Shown here: in pieces, positions 47,224 to 58,884 of the stretch | Numbering within the stretch: the stretch's first letter is position 1 | How the letters are laid out: the number at the start of each line of letters is the position of its first letter | NCBI GenBank assembly: GCA_048013815.1 | Contig: CM106585.1 | Location: 23,498,001-23,562,000, forward strand | Direction: 5' to 3' | Length of the DNA stretch: 64,000 nucleotides | Source: Setoptus koraiensis | Taxonomy: Eukaryota > Animalia > Arthropoda | Made by a program: the position numbers and the translations under genes | The notes under the pieces: model-generated | Told to the model about the DNA's origin: nothing | Seen by the model: only the letters and a program-made list of their open reading frames with translations | Databases searched by the model: none

Positions 47224-47623
47224 AGCTAATTGTAGGTATATAAAAAGATTACAGCTGTGAGAAACAGACCGATATCGGTTATAGTAATGATTGCTGAATT
47301 GTTAAAATTTTTATCCAGAAGAAAACGGTACTTTAGAACCCGTATCACTGACATACTACCAGTTGTAGTTTTATTCGCCGTCGAAAAAGACACACGCACC
47401 TACTCGCATGCTCAGAAGAAAAAATTCAGCAACTCGGCATTCATTGCAGAAATGATCATCGCATTGCAAAGATATCGGCTGCCGCGAATTTCGAACGACA
47501 TGCACCTGGTGATTCGCCCCCTAACTATTCTATTCGCGGCAGGCCGTACGAATATTTTCGCAATACCATAATCGTTTCTCTACAATCCTTCCAAAATCTT
47601 TTCTGCAATTCCTAACCACTATT

Positions 47624-48394
47624 ATGGCCAATCGAACAGCAGTCTACGCCAGGACTATTCATGGTACAAATCCACAATATCTAATAGAAAAGATTATTAG
47701 AACTCGAATATATGAATCGCGTTTCTGGAAAGAAGATTGCTTTGCCTTAACGGGCGAACTAGTTGTAGACAAGGGAGCCGATCTGAGATTCGTTGGTGGT
47801 ATTTATGGTGGCAATATTAAACCAACGCCATTCATGTGCCTGGTATTGAAATTACTTCAGATACAACCTGAACTGGATATCATTTTTGAATATATAAAAC
47901 AAAACTACTTCAAATATCTAAGGGCGTTGGGAGCTTTTTATTTAAGAATCATCGGCACATCACTAGAGGTCTATAAACATTTGGAGCCACTCAAGAAAGA
48001 TTTCAGAAAATTAAGGAAGATCAATAGAATGGGCGAGTTCTCCTTGTATCATATGGACGAGTTTATTGATGATCTCTTACACGAGGATCGTGTCTTTGAT
48101 GTAATACTGCCTCGTCTTACCAAACGCGAAGTGCTTGAATTGAACCACGATCTCAAGCCATATATTTCTGAGATGGAAGATGCAATATTGCCATACTCAA
48201 CAAGAGACGCGTCGCCGCCACCGGCTAGTAGCAGCAGCAGCAAACGCCACAGCCATGACCGAACATCATCTTCAAGGAAGGATTCACGAGATCACCATCG
48301 ACGACATCACGACGACAAGCAAAGTGATAAACAAACCGAGATTGACGAAGCAAATGCCTTAAGAGCTAAACTAGGTTTGAAACCCTTGCGCTGA
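47624..48394 (+). CDS. PRPF38A: Pre-mRNA-splicing factor 38A, intronless
   Basis: MANRT...IHGTNPQYLIEKIIRTRIYESRFWKEDCFALT...KPTPFMCLVLKLLQIQP...FKYLRALGAFYLR...HMDEFIDDLL...EIDEANALRAKLGLKPLR. Confidence 0.97.
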   Translation: MANRTAVYARTIHGTNPQYLIEKIIRTRIYESRFWKEDCFALTGELVVDKGADLRFVGGIYGGNIKPTPFMCLVLKLLQIQPELDIIFEYIKQNYFKYLRALGAFYLRIIGTSLEVYKHLEPLKKDFRKLRKINRMGEFSLYHMDEFIDDLLHEDRVFDVILPRLTKREVLELNHDLKPYISEMEDAILPYSTRDASPPPASSSSSKRHSHDRTSSSRKDSRDHHRRHHDDKQSDKQTEIDEANALRAKLGLKPLR

Positions 48395-48460
48395 TGTGAG
48401 CGGATCAACTATAAATAAAAGTCATGGTAGCAACAAATTTTCGGGCTTCACATACAGTAA

Positions 48461-48937
48461 TTATCCCTTGAATATCGGAATAGTTGGCACTGTTGACTTT
48501 TCTCCTGCGACCTCAACATGTAACCATCGAAATCCTATTAGAAACTCCAATAACTCTTGACAAGCCTACTGTCTTGACCACCAAATTGACCGTAGCCAAC
48601 AACCGGCACTTGATGGTCAAGATTCCCTCATAATAAATACCGTGCAAATAGAAAACAAAACTCCGATGTGAGGGACATATGGCCACATCAGCCGATCCAT
48701 AGTTGACTAGCGCGTGCTTCACAGCGGCGGGAGTATTGGAGATGACAATGTGGAAGCGAGTTAGCATAACAGTTTAATATTGCCTTCTGCAGTGGCTTAT
48801 ACCTGCCTCCATAATGTACTGATAGGCACGGAAGTCCTCGCCCCCGTCACATCTATCATTTGCATATTTCCAGATTCAACCAATCATTTATTGTTGTGAT
48901 AGAAGAATCGATCGGCCTATCTGCCCAATAGGTGCTG
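48461..48937 (-). pseudogene. Decayed 3' fragment of the 26/29-kDa cathepsin L-like proteinase gene (copy of about 56912-57470)
   Basis: Colinear nucleotide matches to the intact gene, for example ttatcc..tatcggaatagttggcactgt, caaattgaccgtagccaacaac, gcacttgatggtcaagatt, tagaaaacaaaactc.gatgtgagg, ccatagttgactag and tactgataggcacggaagtcctc. Several deletions and frameshifts; the remnant peptide PAAVKHALVNYG...HRSFVFYLHGIYYE is visible in the ORF track. Confidence 0.9.
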
Positions 48938-49014
48938 TTTGGAAATCTCTGAAGGAAGATTTTCCAAAGCAAAAGCGACTACAGAGACAATTCTAGACAA
49001 ATAAAGGAAAAACG

Positions 49015-50714
49015 TTAGGAATTGACCAAATTTTTCTCTTCACTAGTAGGATTTTGAGCGGACAGATTGATTATAATCGATTTCATGAATGCTGCAGCCA
49101 CCAGTGCTGAATATTGTTGCCATTCCTTCTTTTTTCTTCCATCTCTGTAATCGCTCACTCCGCGAATGAAAATAAAACTCTCTTTCCTATTGCCATAGAT
49201 AGAATCCAAAACAGCGTCAAATTCCGAATCAAATGCTAGAACACCAAACTTTTCAATCATACTCTGACGTAGCGTATCTCTTTTCACCACGGCCCTACCA
49301 GAGCCGATAGGTCCAAAATGGCACATTGGTCTGCCTTGTTTTCTCAAGTCGATGTCATTCTCGTTGGCTTCGGGATGACTAACCTCAATGACATCTTTGA
49401 CACCTAGTGATATGTAGAGTTTGTCTGTATCATGAGACGGCCTGGAGGCATCAACGTTTCCTTCTTTGAGCGATTCAATACCCTCATCAATGTATCTTTC
49501 CCAGCAACGTTTGCTCTCATTCTCTAGTCCATCTAACCACAAATGTCTGGCTGAATGTTGCAATTGAAGGTTATCAGGACACCAGAAACGGTACTGATGA
49601 TTGTGCAGACTAGTTGAGTTATCCAACTCGGCATTACTATTATCTGCGTCAGTGTAATTTTGTTCTTCACAATGTACGTAGATGTAGTTGTTGTCCGATC
49701 GATTGGTATTACTAGAATCAGGAGACACTGAATTGCTATTGGGGATGCTGGATACAACTATATCGCCCAATCGAACGTGTGACGAGAATTCTGTATAGTT
49801 TGCAACACCGCCACTACAGCCAATCAAAAATATATATTCCAATTGTTGAAATGTCCCCAATAAGCGTGTCGTTGTATTTCCGGCAGCAATGAGTGCATTG
49901 CGCGAATTACCCACCGCTGGTAACTTTGTGGATACCACCTGATAGTCGCCAACATTACCCAAAGTATAGACATAGTTTGAGGTCTCACTTTCCGCCTTAT
50001 AACGGAAATAGGTGTCTTTGTTTGAGATCATTGAATCAACCGCTAGTTTCTCGCAATTCTGAGATGTGATAATGGCTATGACTGGCTGATTAGATTTGAT
50101 TTTTAAGATTGGTTTCTCTGGACAGTTGGTTTCAATTATGTTTAGTTCTTCACAAATGCTACCATCTATTGATGAGCTTCGCGATGTTGGTAGCTCAGAG
50201 TCGTCGTTGGGTAATTGTTTCAAGTCCAGCTCCATTCTGTCCACTGTTGTGTACTGGTGCTTGAGAAGGCGCATAACTCGCATGATGAAACCAACATAAT
50301 TTTTCGGAAATTGATCGTCTTCGTTGCCAACTAGCTTGGTAAAGAATTCGTGCGCTATCTTCGAATGATTCAGACATTTAGTTTGGTCCTTGTCGGGCGT
50401 TGCGTTCTGTTGTGTTGTTTGTTGGCCATTGCTGTTGGCACCACTGAACCAAAATTTGAGTGTCCTATGTTCTAGTGTTGATTTGTTAGTTTCTGAATTG
50501 ATTAAATGAACTCTGAACGATATGCTGAAATTTGGTGATTTGCTCGGCGTAAAATGACCAATGCTAGTAGGTTTATTAATGACAATTCCAGCATTTTTGC
50601 CTTCTGCTATGTATGCCGAGGCCAATCTTAGTTCGGGCGTCCAATCGATTGCTTTAACTCGAACTATATTGAGCAGCGTGTGACCCGGTTGTATAGGGTA
50701 CGGGGTCATTATGA
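49015..50714. repeat. Segmental duplicate of 26322-28030
   Basis: Near-identical sequence in the same orientation, offset about 22.7 kb. Confidence 0.97.
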
Positions 50715-50885
50715 TCATATCTGTGCCGACACACACTATAATAGATTGGAACAAATTGATTGAAAACTCATTTAGTATGTTAGTGAACAAGGTCAAAGGA
50801 TGCACGGTCACTCAACAAGTTGCTTACACTTACCTGTACGCTCATTATGGTTTCCAACAATTTGGACAGGTGAGGCGGAGGTCAT
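49015..50885 (-). CDS. Nucleoside phosphorylase (PNP/UDP/MTAN-like) fold protein, copy 2
   Basis: Exon 50885-50834 (MTSASPVQIVGNHNERT), phase-1 intron 50833-50721 (CAG/GTAAGT ... CACAG), exon 50720-49015. Same motifs as copy 1. The ORF track's in-frame extension to 50811 is probably intron sequence. Confidence 0.87.
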
Positions 50886-52239
50886 TATTACTACTTAAAG
50901 ATACTGGTTGTTGATTGTTTCAACTGACTGACTGGTGATATTCGATTGTTTTGTTTATTCTAACAATTATTTGTGTCAGTAGCACTCATATAGAGACCAT
51001 AGAACAAGCAGTGATTTGCTGAGCACGTGATAGCGCTTCTAATTAAGCTCCTAAAATGGCGACGATTGCAAATTTTTCTTCACTCTTCTTGTGCAATACT
51101 GTCGCTGGATTGATGAGTAAAACGAAAATTGTCAATGTTGCTATCGACATATGCATGTTCTCTTTCTCGCGTCTATGCTAAGTTATGGCACTGGAAGTTG
51201 AGTCATGTGTGTAGTGTTGTTGTGTATATAGTTATCTTATTTCTGATCTAGGCACTGTCTGTGATTTGCTGGGCTAGTTAGTCAGCTAGTCGGCTGGATA
51301 GCTATTCAATTAAGCTGATGTGTCTTATTTTTATGGCAAAAAAATATAATCACACTTGCAACATGGTATTCGTTTCTTGATAGTGCTGCAACTGGCGTAA
51401 AGCATTCCAACATCATAGTACAATGAGACTTCAGAGACTTGAGGTTTATATAAAATCAGTTGTCATTTGAAACAAACTTCGCCAATCAAGATATCTTACT
51501 ATCTCTGAATAACTCTTAGTTTTTTGTATCTATCTGATTGACTATCCTTGATGGATATTGCTCAGACAATCCATGGATGTTGAATGTCGTTTAGTTTTTG
51601 GAATATAAAGGGTGGTGCTGCTAATAATAATAATGATTGTGTTGATAATCACTAAACAACTTTTGTCTTCACGCTTGGTAGCGAAGGAACCATTAAACCG
51701 TTGTCTATGAGAATTGTCGTCGTCGTGATAGTCATTGCAGTATGACAAACTGTATCAATTCATGGTGTTGCTTGTTCGCATCTAATGGCGTCATCGTCAT
51801 CTCTAATGATGACGATATTTGCTTGTGGTCGTTTAACTCGGAATGCCTTGCTACAGTCTCGTCAACTAAAATTTTGACTAACACTACTGATATTATAAGT
51901 TATCGTGCTTGTTTGTATCATTATTTCTATGTAAACAAGTCTAACAACAGCATATCAAAATAAATAGTGATAATAAATTATTGTTATCTGTTTTCTATTT
52001 GACTATGGGATACTGAAATACAACTGGTCATAAATCACGAATTTGATCATTATTATGTGTGCGTGTGTTTAAATATATATATATAAATGGTGAAACTGTA
52101 CTATTAACTACACTACAAACGTATCGAGGCAACAGCAACTGCAAACTAATCCTAAAAGAGCTAGGTAACATTACAAACTACACCATTAATATTGACATGA
52201 CAACATTTGTACATGAACAATTGATATGCATAGAAAGAG

Positions 52240-52243
<4 letters not shown>

Positions 52244-52293
<50 letters not shown>
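52244..52293. repeat. (AG)n microsatellite, about 25 units
   Basis: Uninterrupted AG run. Shorter CT/CA runs also occur near 39727, 40084 and 41095. Confidence 0.95.
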
Positions 52294-52296
<3 letters not shown>

Positions 52297-55200
52297 TTTA
52301 GTAGATGATGTGACACTTGTAAGTTCGATGATGTAATGATCGCTGGTGACTAAGTGACTTCTTTTCCAGTTTTGGCCTTTATTTTTATTGTTGCTATTGT
52401 TCGTGATTGTAATGCAGCTGTCTGTCTTGAGAGTTGTCTAGGTATAGGTAGTGGGGTTTGTTATATATCTAACAAAGTGTTGGACTTTAGAGAGTTAGCT
52501 TTGTGTGAGTGACGTAGAGTTTAGTTTACCACTAATCGGCCAGTTTCATTCATTTAGTAGTCAATTTGGTTAGCAGGCGACAAGCAAGCTGGTCAGAGAG
52601 CGTTCCGTTGTAATAAAACTGATGACTACTTATTTCCTTTTATCTTGTTGCTGTTCTTCCAGTTATATTAGTTCTTTTAGTTCTGTTGTAGTTGTTGTTG
52701 TCGTGTGTTGTTACCTGTTGATAGAACAACTACAAGAGTTTACATTATTGTTGTTTATTTCTAAGCTAGGTGGTCCACCAATGTGAGATTTGCATGCGAT
52801 AGCCCTTTGTCACCACTTGTAGCTGTACATGCTGTTGCTGTTCATCGTCATCGTCGCCATCATCTTGATGATTCCTCGCCTCGATGGAGAAGAAGAAGAA
52901 TACTTCTCACACATGATGCAGCGATAGTTTAGCGGCTGAAATAGGAACGGATTGCTTTTTTCTCATATTATGAGCTCACAGTGGAAGAAGTTACTTGAAG
53001 AAATGCGTAATGTCTGTTGCTTTCATGTGTGATCACTTTTTGGACGAACTCAAACGATCTATACAAATTTGAACTGGAAAAAGAGGAGAACCCATGTTAT
53101 TGTTATAGAAAAGACACGAAACAACTGTTATGCTGGCGTCTTGCTCGACCTTAATTCATTAACATGATTTTCTATGATGGGAGTTGACCGCTTATGTTCT
53201 TGTTGATGAGAAAATCAAATCAAATACACACTCACGATATAAATGTATGAGCTTGCCCATCGAGCTGTATGTTACTTGTTGTTTTTCTACTTGAATGATA
53301 CAACTATTTGCACTTACTATTGATTGAATTACCGCTACACATACACACACAAATATTACGTTTGCAAACTTATTTGGCTTTATACAAGTTATAACTGCGA
53401 ATGACCAGTTTGTTGTTAATGCTATGTATCAATTATCATGAAATAATGATTTAACCAACACCGCACACACACCAGCTAATTCTCAGCTTACAATGAGTCG
53501 TGGGATGTCCAATTAGTAATTCAATAGTCAATAAACTTGCAACTTGTGTAGTGACCACCATTTCGTCTTTATATATTCGTCTTTCTTTAGAAGAAAAAGG
53601 AAAAACTTCAACTTGAGAGAATCGGATAGAGAGACTAGCATTAAACCATCTTCACCGTGTGAAAATATTCAAATTTTACTACCGGCCATGAGAGCAACAC
53701 CCCCTCCATTTTTCTTTCATTTGCAGTACCATAGCAAGCTTAAGTTAGGTATAAGCTTCATGCTTTTTAGCTCACAGGCAACACCATCAACAATTGGCAA
53801 GCCAACAACCTTTACATGAGGGAAAGGATGGATTGGATAGGTTTACCCACCTACAAGAGTGTGTCGGTGAATCTGCAACCGAGTGTTGTTTGTGATGTAA
53901 TCAATATGTCACTGGCCAGAGAAGCGTTGTGTGTCCAGCTACAGTCAGACACAATTCCTATCGGTTGTTATTATTATCATTATTATTATTATTATTGTTG
54001 TTGTAGTTGTCGGTGTTGTCCGGTAGAGTATTGTTTGGCCGTAGCGACAGGCATGGGGTTAAGTGTTCAAGTCAAAAGTCACAAATCATTATATCAGCTG
54101 TAATATATGCCGCCTTAGCGTCGAGTGCAATACTCACCATCATTCACAGGTAGTAGTGACCATCCATAGTGCAGTGGCCAAACAGGAATAGTGTGGGCAG
54201 TATTGTTAAATATAATAATCATTGATGGATCTTGGCAACTTTTGCAATGATTTTAACTTAACGACTACTTATTGCCACTCTTGGTCACTTTATGATAACA
54301 TCATAGATCGGACATCGTTTATATACAAGCTTCAATAGCTCGAATGCTAATGGTTGTTGGTGTTTTTAATATGATTAGCTGAATTGTTAACTAGCAAAAG
54401 TATGGCGTCAACAGCAACAAGTTTAGCAGATCAGACAATAAATAGGCTCAACATAACAAAAGAATGCAGCACGATGGCGATTATAGTAATATTTTCAACC
54501 GACTTTTCGCTGGGTATAATTCTTTACCGCTAATATGCGACCGTTGCCGGTTCTTTTCATTCACACAAATCAAAAACATGTCGATCAACCAAATCGAATC
54601 AAATCCAAATAAGATATTTAAATTCTTGCTATCGATTTCATTGTTCGAATTGTTGTTCCAATGTCTATGTGTGTTCTCATAACGGCTAATTGTTGTTGAA
54701 TCTGTTTTTCTGTAACGAAATTTTGAATGGAAACATCGATCTTTATTACATAAACGGTCATTGGGATTGGCGAGTTTCTTCTTGCTCGATCATGCAAACA
54801 CATGTACATGGCAGTCGCACGGTTCATCGGCACAACACATTATCTAAAAACCCCGATATCTTATCAAGATGAGATACATTCATATAGAAAGAAAAATATC
54901 AACTGAAACTTGAGCTGATCAACCTTAGCTATTCAACTGTAGCAATTTTTGATTTTGCCGAGGCGAGAAAATTTGATCAAGAGCGACTGCATGAGTTTTT
55001 CAGTGTCAAACGCTGAATATTGTTAACATTCCTTGTTCTTCACCTGTGTTTTGCCCAACGGAAATGAAACTGTTTTTCTCATCGGCATCAATAGAATATG
55101 CCAAGTGGAAACAAACTGCAAAGGAGTGAATGCGACGTCCAGTAGAGCTGCCTAAAAATACTGGAAATGACAGTGTTGCCCTATCGATCTTGTGACAAGA

Positions 55201-55776
55201 AGCCGGCATGATTTCAGCAATGTAGAGGCATCTGATCAGAAGGAGCGACACACATTACTTAAGGTCTATTCTCTAGTTTGGCGCGAATAAAACAGCTCAA
55301 AATATACCTGTGAATTCATTTCGAAAGAGACCTAATCAGACAAACTAATTTTTTCCATTCCAAGAACTACCAGCGAGCTAACCGATTTCATGCAAGAGTC
55401 AATGATGCTGATCCTTCCGTCCGAGGGTGGAATCACTTGATCACTCTAATTAATCTAGGCAATTATTCCGCACAATCGACAGCCTTCGTTTGCCCGCTTC
55501 AACTTTTTATGTGACAGAGGCATGTATCTTCAACAATCGCCAACTCAATTCATTGATTTGATCATTGCTCAATTATTCATGTTCAACAACACGGATTTAC
55601 AATTGTGAGCATGGATATTCCCGCCAAGAAATCGCTCAAACTTTTCCGACTGCGCATGCTGAAAAAATACAGTTCTGCATGATAGAAAGTTGTTCGCTGT
55701 CAGCATACAGCATGTGAGAGGAAAAAATGTAAACAACAGATGAGAAAAGCGCGCATTAACCCTGGTGGAGGTGGGT

Positions 55777-55843
55777 GAAGGTATGCTCGAGACTCTCGAG
55801 CATACCTTCTCGACTCGAGAATCCCGAGAATCTCGAGTCGAGA
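55777..55843. repeat. Two adjacent perfect inverted repeats built from CTCGAG units
   Basis: gaaggtatgctcgag-act-ctcgagcataccttc (15-bp stem, 55777-55809) and tctcgactcgaga-atcccgagaa-tctcgagtcgaga (13-bp stem, 55808-55843). Confidence 0.9.
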
Positions 55844-55960
55844 GCACTTTTTTTCAATGATCGCTTGGCATGATTGTTTTCACAATTGTCTCATTGTCAG
55901 GGTATCATTTGGGCTATTTATTTCCTTCTTTTTTCGGTACGGCCTACGATTTGCTTAGTA

Positions 55961-56535
55961 ATGCCTGAACCTCGAGCGACCTATCACGCCACGGAGGCCG
56001 AAAGGTGTGCAATTGTTAAGGCCAAAATGAACAATATTCCTGTCAGTACCATCGCCAGGGACTTCAACATATCTCGTGGGTCCATTTACAGCATTTTAAA
56101 GGCATGGAGAGAAAATAGGATTGCTCCATTAAAACGTACTGGTCCGAAGTCCAAATTTAAGTCCCTTTATGAGGCCAAAATTAGGGATCATGTCATCGCC
56201 AATCCATCTGACACCAACGCCCAGATCGTCTCTAAGCTTGGATTGGATTGTTCGACATGGACTGTATTACGAATCCGCAATGATCTCAATTTGAAGCCTC
56301 ACATCGCTGCTTCCAAATTCAAGTTGGAGGATCATCAGCGCAAGGAGGAGTTACCTGTTGGTAAGTATCATTTTTAATTAGATTTCAGCAATTCAACTGA
56401 CCGGGCAACGTCAACTCTTCGAACCTGACACATTGATGCCAAAAGATTTGATTTTAATCGATTTTTCTCTTCATTTCTCTCCCTCTACTTTCAGAATCAG
56501 ATTCAATCAATACAATAGAAAAAAATGGCAGCTAA
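55961..56535 (+). mobile_element. Tc1/Tc3/IS630-like transposase N-terminal DNA-binding region, truncated before the DDE domain, with a putative spliced 3' end
   Basis: ATG 55961. HTH1 (IPVSTIARDFNISRGSIYSILKAW), linker KRTGPKSK, HTH2 (TNAQIVSKLGLDCSTWTVLRIRNDL) and KFKLEDHQRKE resemble Tc3-type L...HK.KRL. The ORF then meets G/GTAAGT at 56361, with a strong polypyrimidine acceptor at 56494 and a short exon to TAA 56535. Confidence 0.7.
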
Positions 56536-56911
56536 CGATTGTTGCTTTTGTCTTTCATATGGATTTTTAGCGTCTCAAGCTTTGGAATATCGCCACTTTA
56601 ACTATACAAATGGAGACTCTTGAGCTTAGCTGGCTATTATCTTATCTAGGGAATCTTATTTATCTCCGTGTCCACAGCATGAATCAATCCATAACGTTGC
56701 AACTTTCGGCCAGAAAACAATGCAAATCTATCGCTTTAGGATTTGTATCAATTCTGAACTTACACAGCTTACTATCAAAGATTCAAAGTCAAGCAAAGAT
56801 TCGTACAAGATGTTGTTATTAGATTGGTCTTTATTAGCTACAAACAGTTGTCTTACTCAATCTTAAGGCAACGAACTCTAAAAACAGTTTAAGTTGTTTC
56901 ACATTCGCTAA

Positions 56912-58884
56912 TTATCCTTTGATTATCGGAATAGTTGGCACTGTCATAACGCCACAATTGTTTTTCTCTGACGACATCAATATGTAACCATCGTTACCCC
57001 AGTAGGTACTCCAAGAATTCTTGACAAGCCAATAGTCCTGACCGTCCAATTGACCGTAGCCAACAACTAGCACTTGATGGTCAAGATTCTCTGGTTGGTT
57101 GCCACATTTTGGCTCATAATAAACACCGTGCGAATAGAAAACAAAACTCTGATGTGAGGCATCTATGCCCACATTGACCGGTCCATAGTTGACTAGTGCA
57201 TGCTTCAAAGCAGTAGGATTATTGGTGGTGACATTGTAGAAGCCAGCTAGCTTAACCCTCTTCTTCGCCTCATGATCATGGCACTTCCCATCAACTCCTA
57301 GATATTGTCCATAGTCTTCCTCAGTGGCTAATCCACCTGCGTCCATAATATACTGATAGGCACGGAAGTCCTCACCTCCGTCACATCCGTTATTGGCGTA
57401 TTTCCAGCTACAATCAATCATTTGCTGTTGTGATAGACGCATCAAATGGCCTGTCTTCACAAAATAGGCACCTTCTATGGCACCACTAGTACCGAATGAC
57501 CAACATGAACCACAAACGGCCTGATCTTTGACGGGTGTCACGGCGCCTCTGATTCTCCAATCGAAATCTTTCGGCAGGGCGTCTCCCAATGAGTTTGATT
57601 TCATCAGTCGTTGAACATCGTGCATTTTGGCATAATCCTGGCCACCATTGTAACCGGTAGAATGGAGACGTCCGCGTAGGTATCGCAATTCTTGGCTACT
57701 ATGATCGGCGTATTTGTTTACCTTTAGTTGATATTGCTTATTTGAGCGATTCTTCGAGCGGATGAAGCGTAAATTATGCAAAAAATTGAACCATCTCTTC
57801 TTGTGCTCAATTTCGCTTCGATTGTCTTTCGTTGGTTTGCCATGTTCACGATTGAATTGATCAAATTCATGATCGTTGTGATCGTACCTGTGAGGTTCTG
57901 TCACAAACTCATGGATGGGATTGTGAGCGATCATATTCAATCTTTGTTGAGCCAGAGAATCGTCAGCGCCAGGACCCGGCATAGAGCCGCATTGCAGTTT
58001 GCTCTCATTCAAGTCAAACGCTCCATCAGTGGCACCGTCAATCTTGAAATTACTGTAATAAACATCATAACGATCATAGTGTGATCCAAGAAGAGTATCG
58101 TAACCTTGCATATAATAATAGACAGGTATTGCCTGATTGTTGTCGTCTCTAGTAAGCCACATTTTGTAGACATTCTTCTTTCCGTTAGTCTCGTAAACAT
58201 ACTTCCATAATTCACATTTTGAACGACGATATTGACTCATCTGTGGGCACAAACCGGTGCTATCATATTCGAAGCTTGCCAAATCCGGCAAGACACTCTG
58301 AGGGCCAATAGTTGCACCAACGCCGCCTTGAACCGCAAAACAAGTGCGCTTTGTGCCAGTTTTCGGACCTTTCTCATACGTTGGTATGTACGCCATTTTG
58401 TACAGCACTCCATAGAGGCCATGTCCACTCTTTGGTCCCATTTGATACACCTGATACAAATCTCCATAATAATCGGTTCGGGATCTGGATAGATCTTTGT
58501 CAAAGTAAGCTGTAAATGGTTCTCTAAGTTCCGCATATCTGTCATTGTAGAGTGGTTGCATTTGAGCGCGATAAAAACAATAAGAATCAATACGGATTAG
58601 AGTGAACGAACATCTAGTTGTGGTCTAGGTAAATTAGTATAGTTGTTAAATGAGATATTTACGGTAACGAGAGCACTCCTTCGACGTAGTAGTTGTCGGC
58701 GAATTTCGGTGCTATGATGGATTAATTAATTAGAAGCAAACCATTAAATTTATATTAGCCTACACATCAGGGATAAAGATAAAAGTAATCTCATTTAGCA
58801 TCAACTTTGAAACTTACTCTCAGCCGATGTAACCACTGGTAAAATGATACCAATTATTATCGCCAACGATAATATCGAAATCAT
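56912..58884 (-). CDS. 26-29-p: 26/29-kDa proteinase (cathepsin L-like papain-family cysteine protease with long N-terminal domain), secreted
   Basis: Exons 58884-58818 (signal peptide MISILSLAIIIGIILPVVTSAE), 58711-58663 (TPKFADNYYVEGVLSLP) and 58538-56912, with introns of 106 and 124 nt. Family motifs YAELREPF, RSRTDYYG, GYDTLLGSHYD and GPG. ERFNIN-like prodomain. Catalytic QAVCGSCWSF, LDHQV and VKNSW are intact. Confidence 0.95.

Noticed and set aside
49015-50714. Possibility that the second PNP-fold copy is a haplotig or assembly duplication
   Set aside because: The flanks are unrelated or anciently diverged (pseudogenes, different first exons, ~77% identity 5' segment), which allelic duplication would not produce. 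Long reads would confirm.
51184-51220. 13-nt match (atggcactggaag) to the 5' end of miR-263a/miR-183-family microRNAs
   Set aside because: The 3' half does not match, and the only complementary stretch gives a 9-bp wobble-rich stem too short for a pre-miRNA.
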